The notes beneath the pieces were generated by a model. It made no database searches. It saw only the letters and a program-made list of their open reading frames with translations, and had not been told where the DNA came from. Made by a program: the position numbers and the translations under genes. A stretch of DNA of 64,000 nucleotides from the human T2T-CHM13v2.0 reference genome, Homo sapiens, in the NCBI RefSeq assembly GCF_009914755.1, contig NC_060945.1, one strand, 5' to 3'. Shown here one piece after another: positions 1-13,883 of this stretch. Position 1 is the first letter of the stretch. The number at the start of each line of letters is the position of its first letter.

Positions 1-1170
1 TTTGATTCTTCTTTACATCTTCTATTTATTTGATAGGACTTTCTATTCCATTGCTTTGTTGAGGCTATTTTTTTTTCATTTGTTTCAAGAATGTTTGTAA
101 TTGTTTGTTGAGGCGGTCTTATCATCACTATTTTAAACCCTTTGTTAGATAATTTTAGTATCTGTCATCTCAGCACTGACATTTTTGGCTGTCTTTTTCA
201 TTCAGTTTGAAATCTTCCTGGTTCTTGGTATGGTTAGTAATTTTTTATTGAAACCTGGACATTTTTATACTATGTTATGAGACTCTGGATCTCATTTAAA
301 AACTTGTTTTAGCTGGCTTTCTTTGACACTGGTCTAGCAAAGGGAGGGAGGGAGGCACTACCTTGTTACTGCCAGGTGGAAGCAGAAATCCAGGCTCCCA
401 CTAAGGCCTGTATTGATACCCAAGAGGAAGGGGGTAACTTGTTACTTCTGGATGGTGGCAGGATTTCTGGCTCACCATGTGGTCTCCACTGATTCCACTC
501 TAGGGGAAGCCTCATTACTGTTGAGTCATGGTGGAGGTCTTAACTCCTCACTAAGCCTCCTCCACCTCACCCCACTGGGGAGGTAAAGGCTTACTTTATT
601 ACTGCTGAGTAGGAGTGGAGGTTTAGGTTGTTTGTGGTTTCCACTGAACTGTGAGGTGTGGGGTGTCATGCCTTATGATCAACTGGTGGGGATAGAAATA
701 CTGGCTCTCTACTTGGCATGTGACATCATTCTCATGCTCTACTTGGCATGTGACATCATTCTCATGAGCATGAAAATTTAGGCTCCCCAACTTGGGCTTT
801 GCTTGCATAGGTGAGGGTGAGGCCACAAAGTTTCTGTCTTCCTAGGTTGTTCCTATCCTGGTCCTCTGGCTAGAAACAGTAAACTCTTATTAGGGATATT
901 TTTGTCTGCCCTTTGGTGTTTCTAGGTTTCCAGCTTCTTCAGCTCCATATCTGGGATATACAAGGGAAAAGGAAAACCCAGGGAGCTCAACACCATATCA
1001 TTCTTCAAAGTCCCATGTTCCTAGCAGATCTGCCTTCTTTGCTCCACCTTTCAGAATATTTTTCTATTTGTTTCACATATAATTTTCAGGGTCTTTTTGT
1101 TGTACTTGGCAGGAGGAATAGGGAAAAGCATATCTACGCCAGGTCCCAGAGAGGAAGTCTGTTCCATGTG
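1..1170 (-). mobile_element. Old L1M fragment (5'/ORF1 region), antisense
   Basis: T-rich sequence resembling antisense L1M 5' region (e.g. gaaatcttcctggttcttggtatg...tatgagactctggatc); no ORF; recalled consensus. Confidence 0.55.
707..766. repeat. Perfect 2 x 30-bp tandem duplication
   Basis: ctctacttggcatgtgacatcattctcatg at 707-736 and 737-766. Confidence 0.95.
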
Positions 1171-1199
1171 GTTTTATTGCTATGTTATTTGGTGCATTA

Positions 1200-1494
<295 letters not shown>

Positions 1495-1840
1495 TCATGA
1501 TCAATATACAGTGCTGTTTTAACTCACTTCATAATTTATGTCTTGAATTTAATCTGCCTTTGTTTCTCTAGGTTTTAATGTGCCCTTTCTGAATCACTTT
1601 GTTGTGGATGAATTTCTTATTTACTTGGACTTTACTACATCTTTCAATAGGTAAGTATATTTAATTTGCATTTGACACATTTTGTTTTAATGCCAGCATT
1701 TTACATTTTCTATTTATAATGTTTTATTTTCTAACTCTCACTGTATGAACTTCTTTCAGAAGTGGGATGTTTTCCTTATGGTGATCTGAAAGGGTTACAC
1801 TGTTCAATTATTCCACTTTTTTCTTTCATATATTATACCC

Positions 1841-2220
1841 TATATTAGTCTCCCTGGGCTACAATAACAAAGTACCACAGACTGGGTGACTTAAACAACA
1901 GAAATTTACTTTCTCTCACAGTTCCGGAGACTGGAAGTACATCAAGGTGCCAGCATAGGTGATTTCTGGTATAGGGGAGGATCTCTTCCTGGCTTGAAAA
2001 CAGTGGCTCTCTTGCCAGGTTCACACATGGAAGGAGATTGTGAGGGTATAGAAAAATATTTGGTGTCTCTAAGGACACTGCTCCTATCAGATCAGTGCCT
2101 GACCCTTATGACCTCATTTAACCTCAATTACTTCCTGTTTTAAATACGGCCACACTGGAAGTTAGGGCTTCAACATACAAATTTGAGAGAGGAGGAGGCA
2201 CAAGCATTCAGTCCATAAAA
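1841..2220 (-). mobile_element. MLT1-family MaLR solo LTR
   Basis: tattagtctccctgggctacaataacaaagtaccacagactggg...cattcagtccataa matches antisense MLT1 termini. Confidence 0.85.
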
Positions 2221-2369
2221 CACCCCAACACTCTTTTTGTAGATTTAGCACTTTAGACAATGTCTATTGAACATATACGTTAAAAGATAAGAAAAGCAGC
2301 AGACCTTCTCTTACCTACTTTTCTCACCTCTCCTCCTCTTACCTACTTTCTGATCTTTCCTGATTATAA

Positions 2370-2661
2370 TTTTTTTTTTTTTGACAGAGTCCTGCTCTGT
2401 TGCCCAGGCTAGAGTGCAGTGGCATGATCCTGGCTCACTGCAACCTCTGCCTCCGTGTTAAGCAATTCCCCTCCCCCAGCCTCCCAAGTGGCTTGGACTA
2501 CAGGTGCACGCTGCCACTCTGGGCTAATTTTTTGTATTTTAGTAGAGATGGGGTTTCATCATGTTGCCCAGGCTGGTCTTGAACTCCTGAGCTCAGGCAA
2601 TCTGCTGGCCTCAGCTTCCCAAAGTGCTGGGATTACAGGCGTTAAGCCACCGTGCCCAGCC
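2370..2661 (-). mobile_element. Alu SINE (S/J)
   Basis: Poly(T) followed by antisense Alu ending gccaccgtgcccagcc. Confidence 0.95.
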
Positions 2662-4067
2662 AATTCATTCTCATTTTTATTTTAGTTCTTCCTATGGCTC
2701 CCTTTAGAACTGTTACTTCTTGATGTTTTTCCAACTTAGAAACTATCTGTGCCTTCCCACTGTGAAAGACCAGTATTCTAATACACTTACACTCCTTTCC
2801 CCAAACCTCCTGATTTGTCAACTTCACCTCATAAGGATTTATGTCATTTTCTTCCGAGACTATCTAAAAGTTGTTGAGACTTGGCTTTCCAAGCTGGCAA
2901 CCCCAGCCCTAATTCATAAGGAATCACCATGGGTCTGGTGGGGGCAGGAGGAAGTAAGGTGAGAAAGGCCACAATTCCTCTGAAATTCCCACCTCCTTTC
3001 CCATCTCCTTCAGCCCTCTCCTTTTAGAGGAATCATTGGGGGGCAGAGAGGGGGGCATTCCCTTGGGCTCTGACTTCTGTCCTCTCCCACTGCAGCTTCC
3101 AGGCAGAGTGGAGGCAGGTGCTGCTTTGATGCAAGGAGCTGATTTCCCTTCCTCCACTTTCAACAGTAAAGGCTGTTGCTGTTTGTCTTTTCTTGCTCAA
3201 ACCGTTGTGGTTCATATCCTTGGGTGTGAGGGTAGTGAGACAGGGGGCTTCACCCAGCTCCCTAAACCAGAAATCACTGACAATTCTTCACAAGTACAGA
3301 GTAGGTGCTATGGTCCCTAAATTACTGAAGAGAAAACTGGGACTAGGGGAGGTGACTTGACTTTCTCCAGGCCCTCAGGCAGTGGATGGTGGGGCTATAA
3401 CATGGAGCCTTCTCCCTCCTTGTCCTGTGCTTTTCCTTCTCCAGTTGGGTAGAGACAGAAACATTTTCTAACCACAAAATTAAGAGAGCTTCATTCACCA
3501 GAGGTGTCTTGGTGGAAAGAGCTCTCATTTTCTTTGTAAAAATTCGACAAGTACTGAGATGAAGGGCAAAAGTGTTGGCACCCATTCTCCTCATTATGGC
3601 TACTTCAGAAAAGGGAGTTGGCATAGGTGTACCTACAATGAACTGAAGAGTTTACAGTCACTAGGGGAAATGTGGGAGGGAAGAGAAAATGCTGAGGCTG
3701 TGGAGGGGTTAAGTCTGGGGGATAGCAAAGTGGACTTCAGAAGTCCAGGTACATCTTAGTGTTTCACAACATGAATACCCTCCGCCAGCACCCCATGTAG
3801 CAGAAAGCTTTTGAGGAGTGCCACATTGTAGAGTTCTGCACCCAGGTGAATATAGGGCAGGACTGCCTACAGCATACAGACCCTGGTCCTAAGACGTGAA
3901 ATCAGGAGGAGAGTCTTCATGAAGTAGAAGACCCCCCCACCCCACCCCAGGAGAACGCTGGACTTTGACATGCCTAGACTCAAAGCCAAATGTATCTGGC
4001 TCTTTGAAGGAAGAGCAGAACTTGAACTTGACAGCTTCCTTGCTTTAGTCCTTGTTACTGTGCCAGA

Positions 4068-4275
4068 GGCGGCACAGTGCTGAGGTTAAGAGCATAGGCT
4101 CTGGAGCTGACCTGCATAGACTCAGATCTCAGCCGTCAGGGCCTCCATTTGCTCATCTCTGATGTGGGAGTAATAACATCACCCATGGCAGAATGCTGTC
4201 CTGAGGGTTCAAGTGATCTTTGCAATGCACTTAGACCAGTGCCAAGGGCGTGGTAAGTACGATGGGAAGTATTTA
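4068..4275 (+). mobile_element. MIR
   Basis: ggttaagagcataggctctggag...ctcatctctgatgtgggagtaata...cacttagaccagtgcc resembles MIR. Confidence 0.7.
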
Positions 4276-4332
4276 AATACAATGTGTAAAGCTGGATAAA
4301 AGTGTCTATCGCATGGCTATAAGATGAGGTGA

Positions 4333-4679
<347 letters not shown>

Positions 4680-5212
4680 TCACTCTCTAGGCTGCTCCAC
4701 GCATATGAGCTGCAGCCATCCACTGCTGCGCTTTTTGTTAAGACAGCATTCCTAGGTCAGATCCCCACTACTTTTGCCTTCATGTTGCTTTTCTGTGGGT
4801 TCTGTCTCCTGTTCAGCATATTTATATATCTTTTGCCAGTTGGATCTGAGGTTTCCCCTAGGGCTTGCGTTTGATCTCTTCTCCCAGATGGTTCCCAAAT
4901 GTGGCGGAAAAGGCTGAGGTCAGCTGCCATAGTGCTGTTCAGACTTCCCTGTGGTAGAGCACGTACAGGATGGCTGAGCTGAGGCTTGCGATGTCTGAAC
5001 CACTCCAGGAGACTGAGGGGACAAGTACGGTAAGAAGTCCCAGACACACAATGGACTTCCCATGTGTCAAGCTGCCTCCCACTAACTGGGGGCACAGAAA
5101 TGACCCTGCAGACTCCAGGCACAAATCGGGAAGGGACCTGGAGCCATCACCTGGACTCGATGGTCGGCCATCTCCTCCAGGTGGCCTTCAGTCCCAACCT
5201 GAGCAGGCTTTC

Positions 5213-5335
5213 AGAGCAGAGGTCCTCTGCTGGCTTCACATGCATAATTTGGAGGTGGGAGAATCTTTAAAGATTCTGATGCCAGGCCCAACCCAGACCA
5301 AGTCACTCCCACCATCTGGGCTAGAGCCCAGGCCC
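5213..5335. mobile_element. MER5-like hAT-Charlie MITE fragment
   Basis: taaagattctgatgccaggcccaacccagacca resembles the MER5 core. Confidence 0.5.
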
Positions 5336-5389
5336 AGCTAGCTGCCATTGACTTGGAGGAAAAGCAGCCCACAGGCTCAGGTCTGGGAT

Positions 5390-5640
5390 GTTAGCATTCC
5401 TTACGTGATCTGGAAGCTACAAAAACCAAACAAAACACTTTGTTCAAACACCACATGGCGGAGGATGAGGGCCACTCGCAGCTGCGCACGAACATTCCTT
5501 CCGTGAGGGAGATGAGCTTCCTCGCGGCCTTTCTGGAGGACTCGGATTGGCAATACTTGCAATGTAACAATGTCTCCCAAACCAGCTTCCCGGAAAATGA
5601 AAAGCACTTCGGCATTCACCCTGGAGCAGGAGGAGCTTTC
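5390..5640. promoter_or_regulatory. Candidate enhancer (TEAD x2, CRE-like, FOX-like, STAT GAS overlapping an IRF-like site)
   Basis: CATTCC 5395-5400 and 5493-5498; TTACGTGA 5401; TTCCCGGAA 5587-5595; GAAAATGAAA 5593-5602; local CpG enrichment. Motif evidence only. Confidence 0.35.
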
Positions 5641-5929
5641 AAAACCTGCAACAGGCCCCAGAGCTCGAAGGCCCTCAAGGGTGGGGTTCTGGCTGCTGCC
5701 GTCCGTTCTGCTCCAGCCAGCGGTGAACTCAGTAGCCTCGGCGTCCCCAGAAACCCCGCCCTCGGAGCCTGGGCTCCCGCTTCCACGCTTGTTCCCCTGG
5801 GGTCCTGAGGGTGCCACCACACGGGGACAGGGGCTGCAGCGAGACAGCAAGTGCCTGGGGAGTCCGCACACACCACACGATAAGCAGCCGCAGACCCGGA
5901 GCTGAGGCTGTGGTCCCGAAGAGAAACCC

Positions 5930-6040
5930 TTCCCAGATTCCCCCAGGCTCCTAGTCCTTGCATCTCATTGGCTGGAGGGGCATCACGTGTGCATCTCTAA
6001 ACCAATCACAGGCTAGATGCACGGTGGCCTGGCTCCTGCT
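5930..6040. mobile_element. MLT1J/K-like LTR remnant carrying an NF-Y/E-box/NF-Y module
   Basis: ctcattggctggaggggcatcacgtgtgcatctctaaaccaatcac resembles the recalled MLT1J/K motif attgg...gtcacgtgcccatccctgaaccaatcac. Confidence 0.55.
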
Positions 6041-6524
6041 TGGCTCTGGATGTGCATTTCCAGTGATGTGGGGCTTCCAGCGGCATCCATGTTCATCCAC
6101 CTTGGGCTGCCCCTGCCTCACCCTCCCAGCTGAGTGGGAGCCTCTTTCTGGTCCAGAGCCTCCTGCTGGGCTGCTTGGTGACCGCCTGGCTTGGGCCACC
6201 TGGGCCTGCTGGTGGCGGTTTGCACAGCTGGGGCTGTGTAGTCCCCAGCGGCTGGCCAGACAGGCTGTGCCTGCTCTCACTGGACCCATGGGGTAACTGA
6301 GGCACAGGGCCGGGATCCAAACGCAGCACCGGGTCCACAGCCGGCGGTGTTGATGACTCCACTGAGCAGGTGGTTGGTCCCAGCTTGGAGTCGTCTGCGT
6401 CTGCCCCCTCCTCTGGGGAATCGGGGGTGATGGCATCACCCACACCCGTGTGGACGGTGTTGCAGGCTGTTACCTCACACGCCTCAATGTCCTGGTTCAG
6501 CCACCTTCTGAAGTGGATCCTCTG

Positions 6525-6645
6525 CCTTCCCATGTGTCGCAGATGAGGCAGTGAGGCACAGAGAGGTCAAAGGTGCCCACCCAAACAAACGCGGCTAGAG
6601 TTGAGGAGCCAGTGTCCGCAATCCAGGGTGACTGCATTCCGAGCA
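6525..6645 (-). mobile_element. MIR core fragment
   Basis: cagatgaggcagtgaggcacagagaggtcaa. Confidence 0.65.
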
Positions 6646-7399
6646 CCACGCCGTCCACCTGTGCGGACGCGTCCGCGCTCTAGGGTGAGCTTCAGGATGG
6701 TGTCCAGGCCAGGCCTGTCCGTTATGTGTGGTTATGGCAAGTCTTTCCTAACTGTCCAGAGTTTTGATGGACTCAAGCTCTCTCAATATCAGGAACTTTA
6801 AAAAAGGAAAGAGTCCACCCAGGTCTGAATGTAGATGTTCCTGATGTGAGCAAAGAAAAAAGGAAACCCCAGGAGGGGAAGCTTATAATTTTCACCTCAG
6901 TGGCCAGGACCAGGGCAGTGTGGGCTGCGGAGGGTGACTGCAAGGCCTGGGGTCTCCAGGATGACTTAGGAGCCATAAAACTTCCTCCGCTCGGTTTCTG
7001 TCGTCACCGGTCTGCTTTGCTGCAGTGACAGGCAGTAAAACTCTTATCTTCAAAATGCCTTGTCTAAAAGGCAGCCAAGAAAGGAAAACCAGGGAAATGC
7101 ATCCCATTCATGCTGATGTCAAAAGAAGAGGCGATTCCAGAAAAAAAGCCTTTGAAGGAGCAAGATAATGGAAACACAGCTTAACATGTGGTCCGGGACT
7201 TAGCATGGGAAAGGCGTCACTTTTCCAGAAGCATCTGGTTCAAAGTGTTGGTGTCATGTGAGAAGAACCAGCATAATACTGGACAGGGGTCTTGTGGGCA
7301 GGCTGTGAGGGGCTCTACATGACATGCTTGCTCCCTCATGCCTTACACTGCAGTGCTGAGTACCCTAAGACCTGAACCCAGAAATATCTGCATGTGGAC

Positions 7400-8250
7400 C
7401 CAAAGGTATGGGTCAAAAGTGTGAAATGAAACAGTATTTTAAAGAATTAAAACTAGAAACAAAGATAATATCCATCAGCAGGGAATGGCTAAATAAATTC
7501 CAGCATATTCATACTGGAGAATAACATGCAGCCACTAAAAAGAATGGGAGAGCATCAGGGAAGTACAAGTTAAGACTTTATGAGGCCCTATCACATACCC
7601 AACAGAGTGACAGCACTCTAAAAAGGCTGATAATACCAAATGTGGTGAGGACGTGAAACAACTGGAACTTTCATACACTCCTGGAATGCGAAGTGATTCC
7701 ATCATGTGGGAAAATAGGCAATTTCTGTTAAAGCTATATATACATCTCTTCATGATACAATCATTTCACCCTAAGCAAAGTTAGAAAAATCAGTGAAATG
7801 TCCAACAAAAATTCACAGCGACTTCATTGATAACAAGCCAAAAACTTGAAGCAACTCAATTGTCTATCACTTGGCTAATGGAGAAATAATTGTAGTGTAA
7901 TTCATCAATGGAATAGTATACAACAATAAAAAGAATAAGCAATAGAGACACATGACAGTATGGATGAATCTCACAGACATTATTTGAGCAAAAGAAGTCA
8001 GGCACAGTAGAGTACATACTACACACTTCCAATTATTAAACTTAAGAACCGGAAAAATCCAAACCATGATGCTAGAAATGAAAATAATGGTTTTCTCTGG
8101 GAGACAATATTGACTGGGAAGAATAATGATGGAAATGTTCTATATCTCGATATGAGCAGTGGTCACACAGTGTAAATATATCTAAAATTTATTGAGCTAT
8201 ACAATTGAGATTTGGGCATTTTGCCATATGTAAGTTATTCCTCAATTTTT
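7400..8250 (+). mobile_element. L1M (MB/MC/ME-type) 3' end fragments
   Basis: aataccaaatgtggtgaggacgtg..aactggaactttcatacact; tggatgaatctcacagacatt; atgttctatatctcgat. Confidence 0.8.
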
Positions 8251-8499
8251 TAAAAAAAGAAGACAAGGAAAGTTAATGATTAACTTTGATTTTTTTATTT
8301 TTTATTGTGCTTTTAGTACTCTACCAATAATGAAAAGGCATTACGTCTGTTTGAAAAACAAAGTATAAGTGTTTAAAGCTCTAAATTATAAGGTAAACCT
8401 ATTTGTGTTCACATGAAAAAAATCCATGACACACTTTGACTGGAAAAAGAAAGTAGCAGAATGCCAGATACAGGAGAGTTCTGCTTTATATTAACATGA

Positions 8500-11305
8500 G
8501 AAAGACTTTGTTCCCATGAGAACAACAAGAGAAACTCAAACAAAATTAAAATTGTACTTTTCTAAAAGACCGGGGTGGGGGTCGTGGTCAGGCAGCGGCA
8601 TGAAGAAAGCCTTGAGAACTGAATTCCAGAAAGAAACAAGCATAGGCAAGAAAGAGAGATGACAGCTCCCAGGCTTCCTACTGAGGTCTGAGGAGGATCG
8701 GCCTGCTGTGGATAAGAAACTTTATGGGGACAAAGTGCTGTCTGCTGAACTTTGGGTGGCAGTATGAACTGATGGGACAAATTGGAGTCTAGAAAAGCCA
8801 CAAAGGCAAGGATAGAGCACATAACCTGAGCAATTCACCTTCCCCACTCCAAGTTTTGACATAAACATAGCAGTGGAGGAAGGGTGGCTAAGCAGAAATA
8901 AACCATAAGATCTCATACTTGCTGTGATTAATGGATTCCACACCCCTGCCTGAGTTGAAACTGCAACCAGCCCCCTCTAAGACCAAACACTGACAAGTCT
9001 GAAAAACTCTATCTCAGGAATTTGAAGTTGAGTAATCACAGGTTAAAGCTGCAATTTTTTTTTTTCTCAAGGAGATTCTAGGAGAAAGCTGAGTGATTGG
9101 CTTCTCACCCTCACTACATTCTGAGGAAAGGAAATGCATGTCTAAGGAACCAAAACAAAAATGCTTCAATCTTCATTGTTCATTTATACACAATGTGCCA
9201 AACAACAAAAATATATAAAACATGCAAGTAAGTGAAAATGTATGGTTTATACTTAGAAGAAAACAAAATCTCTAGAAGGAGATGATTATCAGATGAACCA
9301 GTAATTGGGAAGAGAAAATACTAAAACAATTATTTCAAATGTGGGTGAACAAATGGTATATTTCAAAAGATGAATGTGAATACTAATAGACCATATGAAA
9401 GAAAAAAATCAATGGGTGGGCTTCAATTGTATAATGCAGAAGAAAGAATCACGAACTTGAAGGTCACTGGAAAGTATTCAAACTTTTTCCTCAAGACAAA
9501 GGAAAAAGATTTTTCAAAATATGAACAGAACTTCTGCAAAATGCGGGATTATAACAAGAAGTCTGAAATATAAGAATTTGGGATCTAAAAATGAGAGAGA
9601 GAAAATGGAAGACAAAAATATCTGAAGAATTAACAGTTTAGATAAAATGGATAAAAACCTTGAAAAACAGACCTTATCAAAACTAACCCAAGAATGAACA
9701 GAAAATCTGAAATAGAATTTATACTTAAAAACTTTCTAAAAAAGAAGACTTCTGATTCAAAACCTACAGACCAATATCCCTCGTGAGCATAAATTTAAAA
9801 ATTAACAAAATGTTAGCAAATCAAACAACAATACATTAAAAGAGGTAATGTGTCATGACCAAGTGGAGTTTACTCCAGGAATGTAATTCAAAAATCAATA
9901 AAAATTTTTCACCACATTAATAGGTTAAAGGACAACATTCACAAGATCATCTAAATAAATTCATTTAAAACTTTGGGACAAAATTTAATATCTGTTCATA
10001 ATAACAACTGTCAAGACACACGGAATAGACAGTGACATCTTCAACTTGTAAAATTACAGATAATACCATACTTTATAAGGAAATGCTGAATGTTTTCAAC
10101 CCAAGATTGGGAACAGGGCAAGGATGTTGGCGTTTATTATGTCTATTCAATGTTTGTACTACCGAAGAGCAATAAGGCAAGAAAACTAAAATTCATAAAG
10201 ATAGGAAAGGAAAATGTAGACCTATTTGTTCATAGAGAACATGATTGTGTACATAGAAAATCCTAAGTATCAACAACAACAAATTACTAGAGCTAGTAAG
10301 TGAATTAAGCAAGAACTCAGGATACAAAGTCAATATACAATCATCAAATGAATTTTTATGCACTAGCAAACAACAGTTGGAAAGCTGAAACCATTTAATG
10401 GAAAAAACACCATTAGTAGCATCAAAATAAAATAATATTACAATATTTAGGATTAACTTTAATGAAAGATGCACAAGAACTGTTCACAGAAAACTATAAA
10501 ACATTATTGAGAAAAATTCAAGACTTAAATGAAGATATGTTCATGTTCATGGACTGGAAGGGTACATACTGTTAAGATGTCAATTCTCCCCTTTTCTTTT
10601 TTTCTTTTTTGAGACAGAGTTTTACTCTGTCAGCCAGGCTGGAGTGCAGCTCACTGCAACTTCTGCCTCCCAGGTTCAAGCGATTCTCATGCCTCAGCCT
10701 CCCGAGTAGCTGGGACTACAGGCACACACCACCATGCCTGGCTAATTTTTGTATTTTTAGTAGAGATGGGGTTTCGCCATGTTGGCCTGGCTGGTCTCGA
10801 ACTCCTTGCCTCAAGTGATCTGCCCGCCTTGGCCTCCCAAAGTTCTAGGATTATAGGTGTGAGCCACCGTACCTGGCCCCTCCCAAAATTAATATACAGA
10901 TTCAATGCAATCTCAATCAAAATCACAGCCAGCTTTTTAAGAACAGAAAGTCACAAGTTGATTCTAAAATTTACATGAAAATGCAAAGGACCTAGTAGAC
11001 AAGAATTTTTGGAAAAGAATAACAAAATCAAAGATTTTACACTACCTGAATTCAGAACTTAGTAAAGCACTGGTAATTATGAGAGTGTAGTATTGGTGTA
11101 AAGGCAGATAAATAGATCAGTGGAACAGAATGTAGTTCAAAATGGACCAACACTTACATAGCCAGTTTATTTTCAACTAAGCCACCAAAGCAATTCAATG
11201 GGGAAAAGAAAGTCTTTTCAACAGACTGTGCTTGAAAAACTGGTTAACTATTAGGGACAAATATTTATCTTGATGCCTGCCTCACAACATACATAAAAAA
11301 TTAAT
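8500..11305 (+). mobile_element. Fragmented L1M (ORF1/ORF2 remnants), interrupted by an Alu
   Basis: A-rich; ORF2-like segments (catgaccaagtggagtttactccaggaatg; aacatgattgtgtacatagaaaatcctaa; gattcaatgcaatctcaatcaaaatc); many stops. Confidence 0.8.
10592..10878 (-). mobile_element. AluS-type SINE inside L1
   Basis: Antisense Alu splitting L1 ...caattctccc / cccaaaattaatatacagattcaatgc. Confidence 0.95.
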
Positions 11306-11308
11306 TCA

Positions 11309-11431
11309 AGCTGGCACAGTGGTGCATTCCTGTAGTCCCAGATACTCGAGAGGCTGAGGCAAGAGGCTTCCTTGAGCCCAGGAATTTGAGTCCAGCCTAG
11401 GCAACATAGCAAGACACCATCTCTAAAAAAA
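11309..11431 (+). mobile_element. Alu monomer (FLAM/FRAM-like)
   Basis: Single ~120-bp monomer with A-tail. Confidence 0.8.
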
Positions 11432-12444
11432 TTTTTTTTTAAGTTTTTTAGCTAAAAAGTTTTTCCCTCCTGTCTTGAACTTGCAAATTCAGCCCTAAAT
11501 ATGTAGTGTTTGGCATGTGGCTTCCAGGCCAGATGTGACCCCAGTGAGGTTATCACAGAGCTCAGGGAACATTTTCAAAACATAATCCAGAATCTGACAT
11601 CTCTTATAAACAGCTTTCATTTAAGGGGAATCTGCTGGATAGAGGACGGTTTGGCCTGCCAGGATTTTTGTAAGAGATTTGGTCTCTTCCTTTGCTCCGA
11701 GCTTTCTCCAGCTATGTTGGCATTAACCTCAGTTGGGCCACAGAACCAGTGTTACATACCCAGAGAAGCAACTAGGTCAATGGGGCAGCTGAAACCCACA
11801 CATCAAAAGGGTTAAGTCAGTGCTTTTTATGTGAATTAATTGTCTTTTTGGAGCCCTTCTTCAAAATTGTTTTTTTAATCCACTGTGTAACACCCTGCCT
11901 TTAAGCAATAATGAAGCAAACAGGCATTATTCATAGCAGCAACCAAAGTCCACTAGGAGACTGCCATTCACCCCAGTGCTGGAGGAACCCAGCTGACCCC
12001 CACAACAGCAAATAGTAAAACCTCACCCTCATTCTTCAGCACTTTCTCAGGGATTTCTGAGGAACATTACTGGGACACTCTGGAATGAAATCACAAAGTA
12101 AGCCAGGGACTGAGCATCTGGCTGTCTTCCTTCTATAAATCTCACTGCCAGAAAAATAAAGGAGGTAGCTAAAACTGCAACCCAATCCACCTGTGGTGAA
12201 AGTAGAGACCTGACCCATCTCCCAACCAGTGATGCACTCAGGGCTGTAAATACTTGTGGGGAAGCTAATCTCTCCCCCATCTCCTCTCTCAGCCCCTGAC
12301 AATTTGGTATCTGGGTGGCTTTAGTTTAGTTGTTTGCAGTCCCACATCACCAGCCTCAACCCCCTATCAGCAAGCTCGCACCAAAGCACCTGCCCTGCAT
12401 CTACTATGTACAGACATCTCCATATGCCCCATAAAGATGATGAT

Positions 12445-12575
12445 GATATCTTCATTTTACAAATGAGCAAAGTAAGACTGAGAGATATTGGGTCATTTGT
12501 TCAAGACTGCACAAAAATCAGTGATGATTTGGATTCAAATCCAGGCCTGCCCAGCTCCAAAGTCTGTTCTCTTTC
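12445..12575 (-). mobile_element. MIR
   Basis: cattttacaaatgagcaaagtaagactgagaga...ggattcaaatccaggc...ctccaaagtc. Confidence 0.75.
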
Positions 12576-13883
12576 AAACAAACACGTCATTCTCCCTGAC
12601 ACTCCATTATCAACAATGATTAAAAAAGAAAGACTCCATGACCTCATGAGTGTACAGCCAATTAGGGAAGAAAGAGCATCATTATGTGGTGAAGTCCCCT
12701 GGTTGCTCTCGCCATCCACATTATCTAAGACCACAGTTGTGGGAAGAGGGGCGGCACCACAGGAGAGCACTTAGTGAGTCGTCCAGGGGCCTCGGTTCTC
12801 ATTCTGGCTCTGTGCCAACCTTAAGTGTGATCTCAAGGAGCTCACTCACTTTCCTTACCTCAGATATAAAGCAGAGTCCAAGTTTTAAGCAGAAAAAATA
12901 GCACCCAACCCCCTGTCCCCCCTCCACACACACTCATACATTAGAGTTTAACTACAGAACCTCAGGGATAAGGATGGAATAACCTGCAAAGGAACAATTA
13001 GATCAACAGCAGACTTCTCATCCAGATGAATAGAATCAAGAAAACAATGAAGAAATAGCTCCAACTACAACCTATTTTATACCCAGCTAAGGTTTTACTC
13101 AAGAGTGAAGGTATAATAAGAATAATTGAATGTGTCCTAAAAGAATGAACTGTTGTTTTAAACTGGACTTTAGAAAAACTATAGTGGGCTCAGAACAATG
13201 TCTCCAGGCAGCAGAGAGCTCTCAAAGCAAGAAAGGTCCTCAGGGCAAAAATAAAACCCAGGTCATTGTCAGCAAAATGTAGTCTCAGAGTAAAGATGAA
13301 GCCACACATCTGACACAAAATTATTGTTAAGATTTTTGGTAGCTGGAAGTTGGATTCTGCTGAAAAAAAAAAAACCTGAAATTTTGTTAATTTGGGAAGT
13401 AGACAGCGGGCAGAAATCTGATGGGCCTTGATAAGGCTACTGGTTAGAGTTTAAAGAGAAGTAATTAAAATGTTCTTGGAAGTGGAGATAAAGGGAGTTC
13501 TTGTTACATGGTGTGGAAGTTTGGCAACACTGTCACCTGAGGGAACATGGAAAATAGAAAATATTCCTAATAAACTGATGACCTAGCTAAGGCAATTTCT
13601 GGGCAGGGGGTGTTGAAGATGCTTCCTGGATTCTTTCAGCTGCCTGTAATAAAATTCAAGAGCAAAGAGGTGAACTGAGAAACTTTTCAATTTTCAAGTA
13701 AAATTTAGAGAAATTATAGAGGAACAGTCTGTCTTGCCAGAATATGATTCTCAAAGTAAAATCAAGCTTAAGGATAAAAATCAAATCCAGGTCACTGTTC
13801 AGATAACATGGTCTCAGAGTAATATAAAACCAAGGATAGGACTATTTTAAATAGGGTCTTAAGAGGTCCCTAGTTAAGACCTC

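Noticed and set aside
5401-6533. Overlapping 110-165 aa ORFs as exons of a gene
   Set aside because: No similarity to any protein I recognise; open on both strands as expected for GC-rich DNA; overlaps LTR/MIR remnants
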